A stretch of 64,000 nucleotides of DNA, from contig JAMWBK010000003.1 of NCBI GenBank assembly GCA_029953675.1, positions 1,736,001-1,800,000 on the forward strand, written 5' to 3'. Shown one piece after another: positions 38,034-49,422 of the stretch. The notes beneath the pieces were generated by a model, which was not told the DNA's origin, made no database searches, and saw only the letters and a list, made by a program, of their open reading frames with translations. The number at the start of each line of letters is the position of its first letter. The stretch's first letter is position 1. The position numbers were made by a program, and so were the translations under genes. Origin of the DNA: Rhodosorus marinus CCMP1338. Its lineage: Eukaryota; Plantae; Rhodophyta.

Positions 38034-39164
38034 GGTTCTTTTTGAGAGAAGAATCGAAGATGATGAAATGCTGTTCAGAGCTCTTGAAACGCATGAGTAA
38101 TCGTTGGGATCTTGTTGGGCCGTTGAATGAACGCCCCTCGTGCATATATACTGTGCATTTCCGGATGGAATGGGGCTTTCCATGCCCGTAGATACCCCTT
38201 GATGGGTTTTTACAGGATTTTTCAGAGCTTGAGCAAATGGCTCGTTTCGCTCAGCCGCAGAAGCGGGTGAAAGCGTTGGAGCAGTTGACGTTCAAGATGG
38301 CAAATTTTTGTTTTTCTTTCTGTCCATTCTCAATACTTGGTCGACGAATTCACAGCCTCGCCGCTCTCCTTGCCGGGTGAACGAGACGGCATGGATATGG
38401 ACAATCGTCTTAAAGACTTACTTCGTGTAAAAAAAAAGTTCTGTTTTTCTTGATTCCATGTCCTTAGTCTCCAAAAACCTATCGCCATTCTCGACGACTC
38501 TCGTTAACGCGTTGTCCCGTTAGTAAGTTGGGTTACCACAGCCACGGATCGCTGTACCAACGGCAAGGAAAAATCCAAACCCAATCGCCCCAGCAAAGGA
38601 GCTCCTCAATGCAAGGCCAACTTTCTACTCCGAAGACATTTACAGAGAAAGACGAAAAAGCAAGGTATGCGAATCCCGCAAATTAAATGGAAAATTTTCC
38701 CGTTCAGCACTTTCGTTTTGACAAAACAGAAGGAAAGCTCCTCGATCAGTTGAATTGTTTAGACAAACTCACCTGTGAGACAGGTATACCCTTATATCGA
38801 AAAGCCTCAAACCCACCAGCAACAGCTCCGAATGTCACGCCGATCGCTGCTCCAAGCGTGGCTCCTTGCTTCATCTTCTGAAGGCACGATCGAGTTTCCG
38901 GTGACATCATTCCTCTCCGAAGCTAATACTCCTCTTCAAGGAAAAAACACACTACAAAAAAGGAAACGGTTCAGAGAATGCATCAAAAAAAAACAAAAAC
39001 AACTCGATTGCTACCTTTCGAAAGGCCTCCTACCTACCAACAAAAACCAACTCAGCCTCCACCCTCCTCAAGAGCAAACCTCCGGATCGCCAGTATTGAC
39101 GCGACGCTCTTGGCAATATGAAGAAAGATCTTGAGAACCAACACAAGCCTGGAGAAACCCTCGC

Positions 39165-39250
39165 GAAGCAGAATCCGATCTGTCCGAAGACTTTAGAAGA
39201 GGAATCCGATCTGTCTGAGGACGTCGGAGGAAGAATCCGATCATCTGTCT
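39165..39250 (+). repeat. Three degenerate ~31-bp tandem units (gaa..gaatccgatctgtc.ga.gac)
   Basis: gaatccgatc recurs at ~39171, 39202 and 39236. Each unit can read EEESDLSED-like, but in shifting frames. Confidence 0.7.
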
Positions 39251-39943
39251 CAACCTTCCGCTGATGTGCCGATTGTTGATCTACTTGTCCACAAAGAAGT
39301 TCCAGACAAAAACTCCCGCCCTGGTCAAGACGAAGAGAAAATAGAATGCAACTATCTATCTTCTGGACGAAAAGAAGTCTTACAACCTTCAGATTGCTGG
39401 TGTGGGTCTATAGATCAACAGTGTGGGACCCCACTTCGATCCCAACGTACCCAACAAAAAAATTGTTGGATGATGATGAGCTTGTTCCCAAAGCTGTTTA
39501 TGTGGCGTTTCCACAGAAAAAAAAAAAAAAAACAGGAATCTGTCTCGTCTCTTTCGTGAGCAAGATGACCGTGGCAAGGACGTGCGGAATGGAAACCAGG
39601 TTTCGTCAGTGCCTTCTGACAACAACAACAACCATCTTTCTTCTCTCAACCGTAGCCAAGAAGGATGGGATGATAAGGAGTTTTCTATAGGTAGGGAAGC
39701 AGTTTCTTGCCGATCCACGAAAAAGAGAAATCTGTCTTGTCTTGTTTTTGAGGGTGGAAGGGACGCAAAGTAGATGTGACAGGAGAGGACATCCGAAGTT
39801 ATACAAGCGTCGGTGAACCTGCTCAAACAAAACAGCTTAGGAGCTTATCTGCAACGGCCCACCCCCGACGCCATTCTCGGCATATGAGGTGATGGGGGGA
39901 AAACAGAAAAACGGGTCGGAATCCCCAGACTGACTAAAAATCA

Positions 39944-40098
39944 CCAACGACGAAAAAAAAAATACGGAAGCCGTGAAAGGAAGAGAATCACTTAGACAAG
40001 ATATACTTTAGAAGGAGCAGTACTTTAGAAGGAGCAGTATATCTTGTCTAAGTGATTCTCTTCCTTTCACGGCTTCCGTATTTTTTTTTCGTCGTTGG
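39944..40098. repeat. Hairpin: 64/63-bp arms (39944-40007 / 40036-40098), with the centre formed by a 17-bp tandem duplication
   Basis: The arms are reverse complements apart from A10 vs T9. TACTTTAGAAGGAGCAG occurs twice (40004-40020, 40021-40037). Confidence 0.95.
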
Positions 40099-40900
40099 AG
40101 ATTTTAATCCATCCCGAACATGCTCGAGGATCAGGTGCCTCTTCCGAAGGAGTGTCCACCTCCTTCCACACAGACCTCAAAACCTTTGAATTTAAAGGGA
40201 AACAGGGGGTTATTCATATATCCAAATATTTCCAAGCACGTGTCTTTGAAAAGGTTTATCGGACTCTTAAAGTACTATATGATCTTCGTACAATTTTAGT
40301 ACAGTACCTGATTTGCCTTCCAGTTTTACATTAGATTAGATTTCGGTATATTAGTATATACTGTATATTGATCTTAAATGTCACTCACAGAATTAGGAGT
40401 TGATGGCAATGGGGGGATTTTGGCTGGTTGTTTTGGTGAGAAGCAGTCAGAGCGCGAAAGTGATGAAGGTAATGTCTCTAGTGGCTGGCAAATAGACGAA
40501 ATTATCAATCTCTAGTTTTAACATCGTCTCGTTCTTCCCCCGTACCCGATAGCATCGATTGCTAGCCCGGGGATCAGCAGGTTTCGGACCGAGACTGGAG
40601 GAAGAAGATGAAAACGGTTGAACAGGCTTAGGCAGCCTTGCGTTGATTCTGAAATCAGAAAGAAAATTTGCTAGCTTAAAGGAGACGAACAACGAGAAAG
40701 AAGATATTATATTTTGCGAGCCTCGGCGATTTCCGAGTGGGGAGATGATGGCACGAGGACGTTGTTGGTACGGCTTTTGGATGGCGTAGGGAGGCCGCAC
40801 TGGTGGAGGTGTTTTTTTTGAAGTTCTGAGGGTTTGTTTCAGAAAAAAACAGAAGACGCTGCGACGGAGGGTACTCCTCCAGACTGTATAGGCCGCTGTA

Positions 40901-43218
40901 ATGTACACAGTAGAGAATACTGTTCCAGCGATCGTGGCGGATTTCGGATCACATACCTCGAAGATTGGATACGCTGGAGAGGACATTCCTCACAATATAT
41001 TTCCGTCGAGGCTTGGTGTGAAAGAGAGTAAGCCAATGAACGATGCAGAAAGGTGGAATTCCTCTCTTTCCGTACCCTTTTTGCCCTCCGCCGCGTACTT
41101 TTCGATGAGCTACTGACTGCGGGTTTTGGTTTCATAGCGAATGGCAAGAAGGACTACATATGCGGAGGAGGACTGGATACGCGAAGGGATGGTCTTGAAG
41201 TGGTTTCTCCCTTTGACCAGGACGGACTGATTCAGAACTGGTACTGGTCATGCTGCAATAGATACACAACCCTCTTCACATCCATCTTAACAGCCTTGGT
41301 GCATTCGAATTCGACTCAGGAACGACATGGAAAAGTTAATAGATTACTCCGTTACGAACGTAGAAACCGAAGACTTCGCGTTCATGCTCGCTGAACCTTG
41401 CTACAATCCAAAGCACTTGCGCGAGAAGATGTGTGAACTACTGGTACGGTATCTACTCTCCAATTATCTACCTGCTACCATCCATCCCAGCGTCCAGATT
41501 TCCATTGAAGGCTTCATTTCCGGTTCCTCGTCTTGTGCACCTCTTCATTCGAGCTGGGACATCGTGCATGATACTTCGGATCAGCTCAAAGCATCGCTTC
41601 TTAACCAGAGCTGGATCTTGTGTTCTGTCATCATCTTTTTGCAGATGATTAGAGCTCTCGCAATTTTTTTTTTTCGCCTCTCTGACCACCTTTGACTGAG
41701 CGCACTCTCATCTCTGTGTGACTTTTGTCTTCCGCAGTTTGAGAAGTATCAATCTCCTGCAGTCTATCTGGGGAGATCGGCGGTGCTCTCCGCGTTTGCA
41801 AATAACCGAACGACAGCAGTCGTTCTCGACTGCGGAGCTTGTTCTACCACTGCAGTTCCAGTTTTCGAGGTACAATCGCTCGCAGACGTGATAACATGTA
41901 AATAACTCTAGAGAGCCCCAATCCGTTGCTTTCGAGCTCGGTTTGTACAGCCCAGACCAAGCAACTCTGAGAGTTGCTTAGTAGAGAATACCTGTCTAAC
42001 TTCTTACTTCCATGAACGCTACCTGGTATGGGCCCTAGGGATCTCTAGTTAAGAACAAGACGCTGCGGACGATGACGGGGGGGGAACAGCTGAATGCCAA
42101 GTTCAAGGAGCAAATTACCGAAAAAGGTATAGAGATCAAGCCCGAGTACTCCGTAAAGAAGACAAGAGTGGATGAGCCAGTTGAGGAGGAGGAGGAGGAA
42201 GAGGAAACCGGCAGCAATGATGAGGAAGCTTCAACGCGCAAATATGAGATTACAGACCTGTCGTTCCCGGGAACAACTGATAGCTATAAGCGCTATCGCC
42301 AAACTGCTCTGCTCGAACAGGTAGGGGGAGATTCCACAGCCTCAGAGAAAGACTGAACGAAACTGTAGTTTGGACTAACGTGGTTGGCTCTTCTCTTCTT
42401 CTGTTTGTTTGTCTCACCGGTTCCGTCTACAAAGAGCAAGGAAGCTCTGTGTAAAGTCAACGACATGCCGTCGGTAGAGCCTGTCCTCCAGCCTACCGAG
42501 AAGTATGAGCTTCCTGACGGGTAAGCAAAAGTCCTGCAGGAACACTAGCCCAAACATTATCTGACTAAGAAATGTAAATACCACATTAGAACTTTGATTG
42601 AAATGGGCTTGGAAAGGCAGAAAGTACCAGAGGCCCTCTTCAGTGAGCTTCTGCTCTCTCCAGTGTCGAACGACTCGGGAGTATTGAAACAGTCTGGTCT
42701 CCCTCCTTCGATGTCAAAGGGACTCCCTGGAATGATACGCGACGTCATTCAGAGCTGCGACAGCCAAATGCACAAGGACATGTATGTTGGTATTTGCTTA
42801 ACTGGTGGGACATCCAATTTTGATGGTAAGGCAGAGGGCATTGTCTTTTGCAAAACTGGTCCCTTGCGCTATCCTGCGCTTAGGTGGCTGATTAGTTGCT
42901 GCCTGTGCTTGACCAGGTTTGTACGAGAGGTTGACTCGTGAACTGCTTGTACTTCACTCCAAAGTGCGGGTTATTGCAGCAGCGGGCAGAGCGGAGCGCC
43001 GATATTGCGCGTGGACAGGTAAGCTCCTGGCCCTGCTAGTAGCTCTGCATCTTCCTAGTTTCAAAAAGGTGTACTGTTCTCATGACGCCGTTGAATGCCT
43101 TATTGGTCGTTCAGGAGGATCTATTCTCGCCACTTTCACGGAGTTTCAGAAATGGTGGCTTTCAAAGGCAGAGTACGAAGAGAACGGCTCGGGCTTTGTG
43201 CACACGAAGTGTCAATGA
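40901..43218 (+). CDS. ARP4: Actin-related protein 4 (nuclear ARP, BAF53/ACTL6-like), multi-exon
   Basis: AIVADFGSHTSKIGYAGEDIPHNIFPS, EVVSPFDQDGLIQNW, LAEPCYNPKHLREKMCEL, YELPDG, ERQKVPEALF, GGSILATFTEFQKWWLSKAEYEENG....KC. Confidence 0.9.
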
Positions 43219-43951
43219 CCGCATTCTGTTGGAGAAGATCATTCTCCTTAGATGTCATTTGGTTGAGCTCTTCCAACGTCCAGACCATTTATTTGGGGAC
43301 TTCGCCCTGTCGTCGCGAAGGGCAAAAGGCGATCCTCCATCGCGCAAACTAAGCAACTGTTTCCGCACGGCTACCGCAGCACAAGCTCGGATCTGGCGAA
43401 ACGATTCCGCTGCAGTTTTGCGGACCGGAGTAATCGACGGAGTACTGGTGACGGCGACTCAGTAACGTGAACTGCAGTTTTTAATAGAAATTGTATGGAT
43501 GTGCAGCTCTTGAAATCCTAAGAGCATATGTGAACAAACAATCAGCAATGAGAAAAGCAACCTTGGGATTGGGCGGAACCAGTAAACGATAAGGAGCAAT
43601 CCTCAGCAAATCAAAAAGGATCTCTCCCATCGCTCTTGCTGTAGGTATCCCTTCCTCCCTTGGCCGCAACAATTAACAAATACATCGGGCATAGAACTAC
43701 GAAAACTCCTTGCTCCTGCTGGAAGAGTGCCAACTTTCAGTGGTTGCCCCCCACTGCGAAGTCAACAAGGACTAATCTTATCTTCGGGAGCTGAATTAAG
43801 TTAACGGAGCTCAACGGAGCTCACTACCGTATGTGAACTATTAGAAATCTTTTCGCCGCCCTGCAGGTACTTGGGCAAAGGGTTATTCCGGGACAGTTTC
43901 TGTACAATCCTTAGTCTTGAAAGATTCATCGTCATTGAACCTCCCAAGCGG

Positions 43952-46523
43952 TCATCTGGTTATCCCGGAATTCACCACCTCCCCTCTCACTGTCCCTGCA
44001 GACTCAGTGGCAGGCTCGCTAATGTCCATCATTGCAGGCGAGCTTTCTTGAGGCTCGTCTCTAGCAAACTGCCCCGCAGCAGCTCCGTTCTCCAGCGGCT
44101 TCGTGTTCTCCATGACAGGGGCGTCCATAGATGGCTGGATAGTCCCAACTCTCGATTCCAATGCATGAGCATCGACATGGGCGGCATCCGAAGCGGCTGG
44201 CTCGGCAATGGCGATTGACGGGGAAGACAGGGTGTCCGGTACTGGTGCATGAAGGGGTCCAACACCAGCTTGTGCAGTCGGTGGTGCAATAGAAGGCGGT
44301 ACTACAGAGGCTGGTGCCGTCGCAGGTGGAGTCGTCGCTGCTGGCGCTGGTGCATTCGCTGGTATTGCGACTGACCCTGGTGCGGTCGCAGGTGCAGTCA
44401 TAGATGCAGTCATAGGTGCCGTCACAGGTGCCGCCCCACCGGTCGTCACAGGTGTCGTCACAGGTGTCGTCACAGGTGTCGTCACAGGTGTCGTCACAGG
44501 TGTCGTCACAGGTGTCGTCACAGGTGCCGTCACAGGTGCCGTCACAGGTGCCGTCACAGGTGCCGTCACAGGTGCCGTCACAGGTGCCGTCACAGGTGCC
44601 GTCACAGGTGCCGTCACAGGTGCCGTCACAGGTGCAGTCACAGGTGCAGGCACAGGTGCAGTCATAGGTGCAGTCATAGGTGCAGTCATAGGTGCAGTCA
44701 TAGGTGCAGTCACAGGTGCAGTCATAGGTGCAGTCGCAGGTGCAGTCGCAGGTGCAGTCGCAGGTGCAGCCACAGGTTCAGCCGCAGGTGCAGCCACAGG
44801 TGCAGTCGCAGGTGCAGCCACAGGTGCAGCCACAGGTGCCGTCGCTGGTGCAGCCACAGGTGCAGCCACAGGTGCAGCCACAGGTGCAGTCGCTGGTGCA
44901 GCCGCTGGTGCAGCCGCCGGTGCAGCCGCTGGTGCAGTCGCGGGTGCAGCCACGGGTGCAGCCGTCGCTGGCAGGGTCGTGGATGCGGCTGCGCGTGCGG
45001 GTGGTCCCGACTGCGGCCCAGTCGATGTCATGCTATTTGCATGAGGGAGTGGCTCAGGTGGACCACCATACTTGGCTAGAACGGGCTCAGGCTTGAACAA
45101 GTTCTTATCTCCTGCAGCGTTCAACCCATGACCACCGCTGGCTGGCGTTTTCTGGTGTCCGTCTTTGTTTGGCATATCAGGGCCACCGCCCACAAGCTTC
45201 TCCTTCTTCGCTTCGATCGGAACGGTGGTGTCAGGATGCGGATGAGATGACGGCGGCTTTATGGCAAATGTAGCCAACTGAGGAGACGGATTGGGTGCCA
45301 TCGGGAAACGAGCCCCTGGTTGCTTTCCCATAGTTGTTGGTGCAACATTAGCGCCCCGAGGGGGAACGAAGCCCGGTCCTGATCCCTTTCCATGAGCCTG
45401 CATATTCCCCGGCATTGACTGCATGGTCCCTGTCCCAGCATTTTGAGGCAAGCTTCTTCCATACTGAGGCCCCGCGTATTGCTGATTCGGTACGGAAAAC
45501 TTGTTCATCTTGGGATGAGCCTGGTTCTTTGCGTGCATCGGCGGGAACTGAGGGGTAGGGTCCTTGAGCTTTGTTATGACGGGACCTTCAGCAGAGTGGA
45601 GAAGAAGCAGTTGGTTAGCCCAGAAAGACCTTGCAGTTTACGAAATATGATAGATCTAGTACCTTGACACGGAGGTGAAAACCGTGGCATGCTCGAACCC
45701 TCGGATCTTCGCGCTGCTTCTCGTTCCAGTCTCTTCTGATATTTTTGTGCATGAGTCCGAACCTAGTCCAAGAGAATCCGCATTAATTAGATGAAAGGTA
45801 TCAAGTTCGTCTATCCGAAAGCCACTTTCAAATAAAAGACCCTTAAGGGATTCTAAGATCTCCTTCATACTTACTTGTTTAGGCGTTCGTGATCGGACGT
45901 AGCGCGAAACTGCTACATAGTTTTTATCACCGTACATTTGACAAGCTCGCAAAAATCGCTGATGCTCCTCTTGAGTCCAATATCTCGTTTGCGACTGTTC
46001 AGTAAGTCTCATTCTGCGGGCAACGAGATCATTCAAATTAGACTGGTATACCGCTTCGACGCAGTTTCCTTAAAATGACAGCAGATACATACCCTTCGTC
46101 ACTCAACAAATCCGTTGACATTGGGGCCTCTCCATGCCCATGTGGTGCACTTTCGGGCATTTGAGTCATTGTTGGCGTCCGCGCCTCAACTATACTAGTC
46201 TCTATCGGGCGACCTAAGTCGCCCGGAATATTCTTCTCGGAAACAGGTTCCTTGGCAGGTGGTATCAACCTGGGGCCATTGTCAACTGAGTTGTTCACCT
46301 TCGGCCCATCATAAAAATTCGCAGAGTTCGCTAGCGAAGGATGAGACGATCGTCCCGCCAAGGACTGTAACGTTCTTATTCTCTCCCTAGTCCTCCGAAC
46401 CTTCTCCTCCAGCTCGTGGATTCTCTTCTGTTGTTGAATGACCACGTTATCCAGTACATACCGTGGGATATATAAATATTCATCGCCGTTCCCAGCGCCT
46501 GACCCTTCCTCTTCGAAATTCAT
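43952..46523 (-). CDS. Single-repeat Myb/SANT (SHAQKY-class) transcription factor with an N-terminal coiled coil and a long Pro/Ala/Thr-rich C-terminus
   Basis: RYWTQEEHQRFLRACQMYGDKNYVAVSRYVRSRTPKQV spliced to RTHAQKY. Upstream exon 46038-46523 and a large final exon 43952-45538. Confidence 0.88.
44379..44966 (-). repeat. Coding 12-bp minisatellite, ~49 units (APVT/TPVT/APMT/APAT/APAA)
   Basis: The plus strand shows blocks of ggtgtcgtcaca, ggtgccgtcaca, ggtgcagtcata and ggtgcagccaca units, in frame within ORF 43952-45538. Confidence 0.95.
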
Positions 46524-48414
46524 ACGTGCCGAAAACCTATCACACAGAATAATTCTTCTTCACCACTATACATCGACAAAGTCCAATCCCCTAACTCCCC
46601 TCCCCCCAAAAAACCCAACTCCCAAACAGCCGAAACCTCCCGCTTCCACCTTTGCAACTACTTCATCCCAACTGAAACAAAAACACAGAAGAATATTCCC
46701 CTATATGCACCTTAGTATACAATTTTAAGTCTCCATTGAGCAGCCTTTTCAACTCACAACAACCCATCCCTCCCACCCCCTTCACGACAACCCTCGCGTA
46801 TCAGAAGCGAACCAACTCCTTTGTCTCTGACAGCAGCCGCGTTGGAGCTTCAGACGTCATCAGAGCAATTGACGGGAAACTCTCTTTCTCCCTCTGTCTC
46901 TGCTCTCTTTCTGTCTTTCCCTTTCTCCTCCTCTTTGGCGAAAAAAAATTAACTTCTCTTTTTTTACCTTTTCGAAGAAAAAACAAAATTGAACAAAGAA
47001 ATGAAGGAATAAACGATTACCATTGGCTATAGAATAAACGGTTCAAATAATACAGAAATACTTTTTTTGAAACACGGGCCCTTGAAATTGTTTTAAAAAA
47101 AGGTCGTGGATGGCCCACTGTTCCAAGTCCCAACGAACAAATAAAACAACTCCCGTTTTTTCCCGAAAGAGATCACGAATTAATGCGAACAGCTGTAACC
47201 CCTATTCCGTTTTCCGCATTCTAGTTTTCCAATGTCTGCCCTAACCCCTATGCAAAAATAGCGAATATTCTCTAAAACCTTGTAATTAGTTTTTAATGTT
47301 AAACTCTGTCCGACTCCTATTGCGCAACGCACCCTCCACAGTATATATTTACCACCCGGGCAGATACGTTTTTCATAGGATTTCATACCCAGGGTAAAAA
47401 CCTACTCGTTTTACCTAAGTCGATATGAATCCAGGAGGTCAACCTCGAGGGAATACCTTTTCTTCAAAACAAAATCGAATGTCTCTTATTGCATCTTTTC
47501 GTCCTGAGATAACGTCTTTTTATTGGTTTAAAATATCGTACGCGTGATTAGTTCGGAAATCAATAATCCACGTCGGTCGACGAACCCGCGAAAATCTAAT
47601 ACAAGACAGCTATTCGAAGCAAGCGAATCTGGCGAATGGACAGCTGTCATAAAAATTGATTGTATTGTCAGGTGAAAGAAGTATTTTGTTTTTTCTTCCA
47701 CAGAGCGCTGGTTGCTGATTTGGGATGCTGTTTGGGGAGTGCGCTTTGGGAGGGAGATGAGGGTGGCTGGGCGTGTGTGTGTGTTTGTGTGTTGTGACTC
47801 TATACAAGAATCGTTTGTTAACTTGAGAAAACGTCGGATCCAAGAAGAGCGCGTGACTTTGCGTTTCAAAGGAAGAATCGCTGGCGTTTACAGGGAAAGA
47901 GCCCGAGGTTTTTTGTTAGAGATGTGTCGGATCGGAAGGGTGGGTCCCTCAAGGCGACGTAGAGCCGGGAACGAGGGGTGGGGTGTGGACTGGTTCTTCT
48001 TGGGAAAGAGAAGGCCTTGATGACTAGTGGGAGTATTGTTGCCGAGGTAAGCGGGTTCGCTCGAAGAAATGCTTGAGGAAATATGGGTGGAAAGTCGAGG
48101 AAAGAATGCAGAGAAGCAAGGTGTTGACTTCAACTGGGTCCGCTTGAACCAGGACATTGTAGCAGCGAGCCATGCACTTCTAGGCAGACTTCAACCAGGC
48201 TGCCTCCAGCTTGCTCTTGGCTCGTTCGGCTTCCGCGGCTCTGCTTCGCCACAGTCCGTTGTCGATTTTTTGTTTTCCTTTGACTGCGGATCAGCATCCA
48301 GCTTCCGGTTTCGATGGGGTTGGTCTGTACCATCGCCTAATAGTCCAAGGCAATCTGCTTTGCTACCTGCATATCCCCATCAGCTTGAGTGACCGCTTTC
48401 CAATCCCCATTTGA

Positions 48415-48747
48415 ATGAATGTGTTTATTGATGGGATCCCGGGGGTTGAATTCTCGTCGGTAGGAACAAGGAGCTCCGCGGGGTGGATGGACTGCCGTCA
48501 TGCCCAGTGTCGGATTTTCCCCAATTTTTTTTTTTCGAGCTCCCCCGCGGAACTCCATGTTCCTAACGTCATGAACCCCGATGAACGCCAGCGTCACTCT
48601 GTCTTCCCTTACCATCTGTCCCCAACGTTGGAAGAAAATTACTCTGCCTATTACGCTCTCTATTGAGAGGGGTTGATCCTGCTGAATATGCTGATGGTCA
48701 ACATCCAGGCGCCCTGTCCACCAGAGGTAAACTGATTCCGAAAATCG
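48415..48747 (+). mobile_element. Degenerate non-LTR reverse transcriptase core fragment
   Basis: With one frameshift it reads VFID...FSSV...W...RQRHSVFPYHL...LE-LLCLLRSLLRGVDPAEYADG (compare RQG..LSPYLF...YADD). A roughly 70%-identical copy by eye lies at ~52260-52380. Confidence 0.55.
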
Positions 48748-49422
48748 GGATCAACCCCTCTCAACAGAGAGCGTAATAGGCGGAGTAATTTTCTTCCAAC
48801 GTTGGGGACAGATGGTAAGCTTTATTGGGCAGCCGCCTAATGCGGCGTAACACTGAGTCTATCACTAACTAGAGAATTACTGACGATAACCCCGCTACCG
48901 GGGTCGCATGCTACGTTCTAAAGAAAAAACAGGGACCACTGGATTGTCCAGCTGGTCCACACGCAGAGCGCCTAGTGCGACTTCTGCGTTCCCCTGCCAA
49001 AGGTGCCTGTTTAGCTGAGCGCGTACGTCGCTCAACTCCTCGCACCTCCTACATCGTTGCGAGGAGTTGAGCGACGTACGCGCTCAGCTAAACAGGCACC
49101 TTTGGCAGGGGAACGCAGAAGTCGCACTAGGCGCTCTGCGTGTGGACCAGCTGGACAATCCAGTGGTCCCTGTTTTTTCTTTAGAACGTAGCATGCGACC
49201 CCGGTAGCGGGGTTATCGTAAGTAATTCTCTATTTAGTGATAGACTCAGTGTTACGCCGCATTAGGCGGCTGCCCAATAAAGCTTACCATCTGTCCCCAA
49301 CGTTGGAAGAAAATTACTCCGCCTATTACGCTCTCTATTGAGAGGGGTTGATCCTGCTGAATATGCTGATGGTCAACATCCAGGCGCCCTGTCCACCTGA
49401 GGTAAACTGATTCCGAAAATCG
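48608..49422. repeat. Nested palindrome A-B-A'-C-loop-C'-A-B: 297-bp arms (48748-49044 / 49058-49354), 13-nt loop, flanked by 140-bp direct repeats (48608-48747 / 49283-49422)
   Basis: Read directly from the sequence. About 3 mismatches between the arms and 2 between the direct repeats. Confidence 0.97.

Noticed and set aside
44379-44966. CRISPR-like or other non-coding array
   Set aside because: There are no unique spacers. The units are contiguous 12-mers in frame within a eukaryotic coding exon.
44416-45096. Plus-strand SQVP/QPQV repeat ORFs
   Set aside because: These are shadow frames of the minus-strand minisatellite in the Myb gene.
48665-48753. PPT plus 80-bp mini-LTR (TGATCC...GGATCA) reading of segments A/B
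   Set aside because: GGATCA is just the start of the inverted copy A'. The diverged copy at ~52340 keeps a codon-like GVDPA...GQ pattern, favouring RT coding sequence over an LTR boundary.
49058-49210. Peptide LNRHLWQGNAEVALGAL resembling ISKra4/ISLre2-type transposase motifs
   Set aside because: It is a short match inside a palindrome arm with no other transposase motifs or TIRs, and could be chance.
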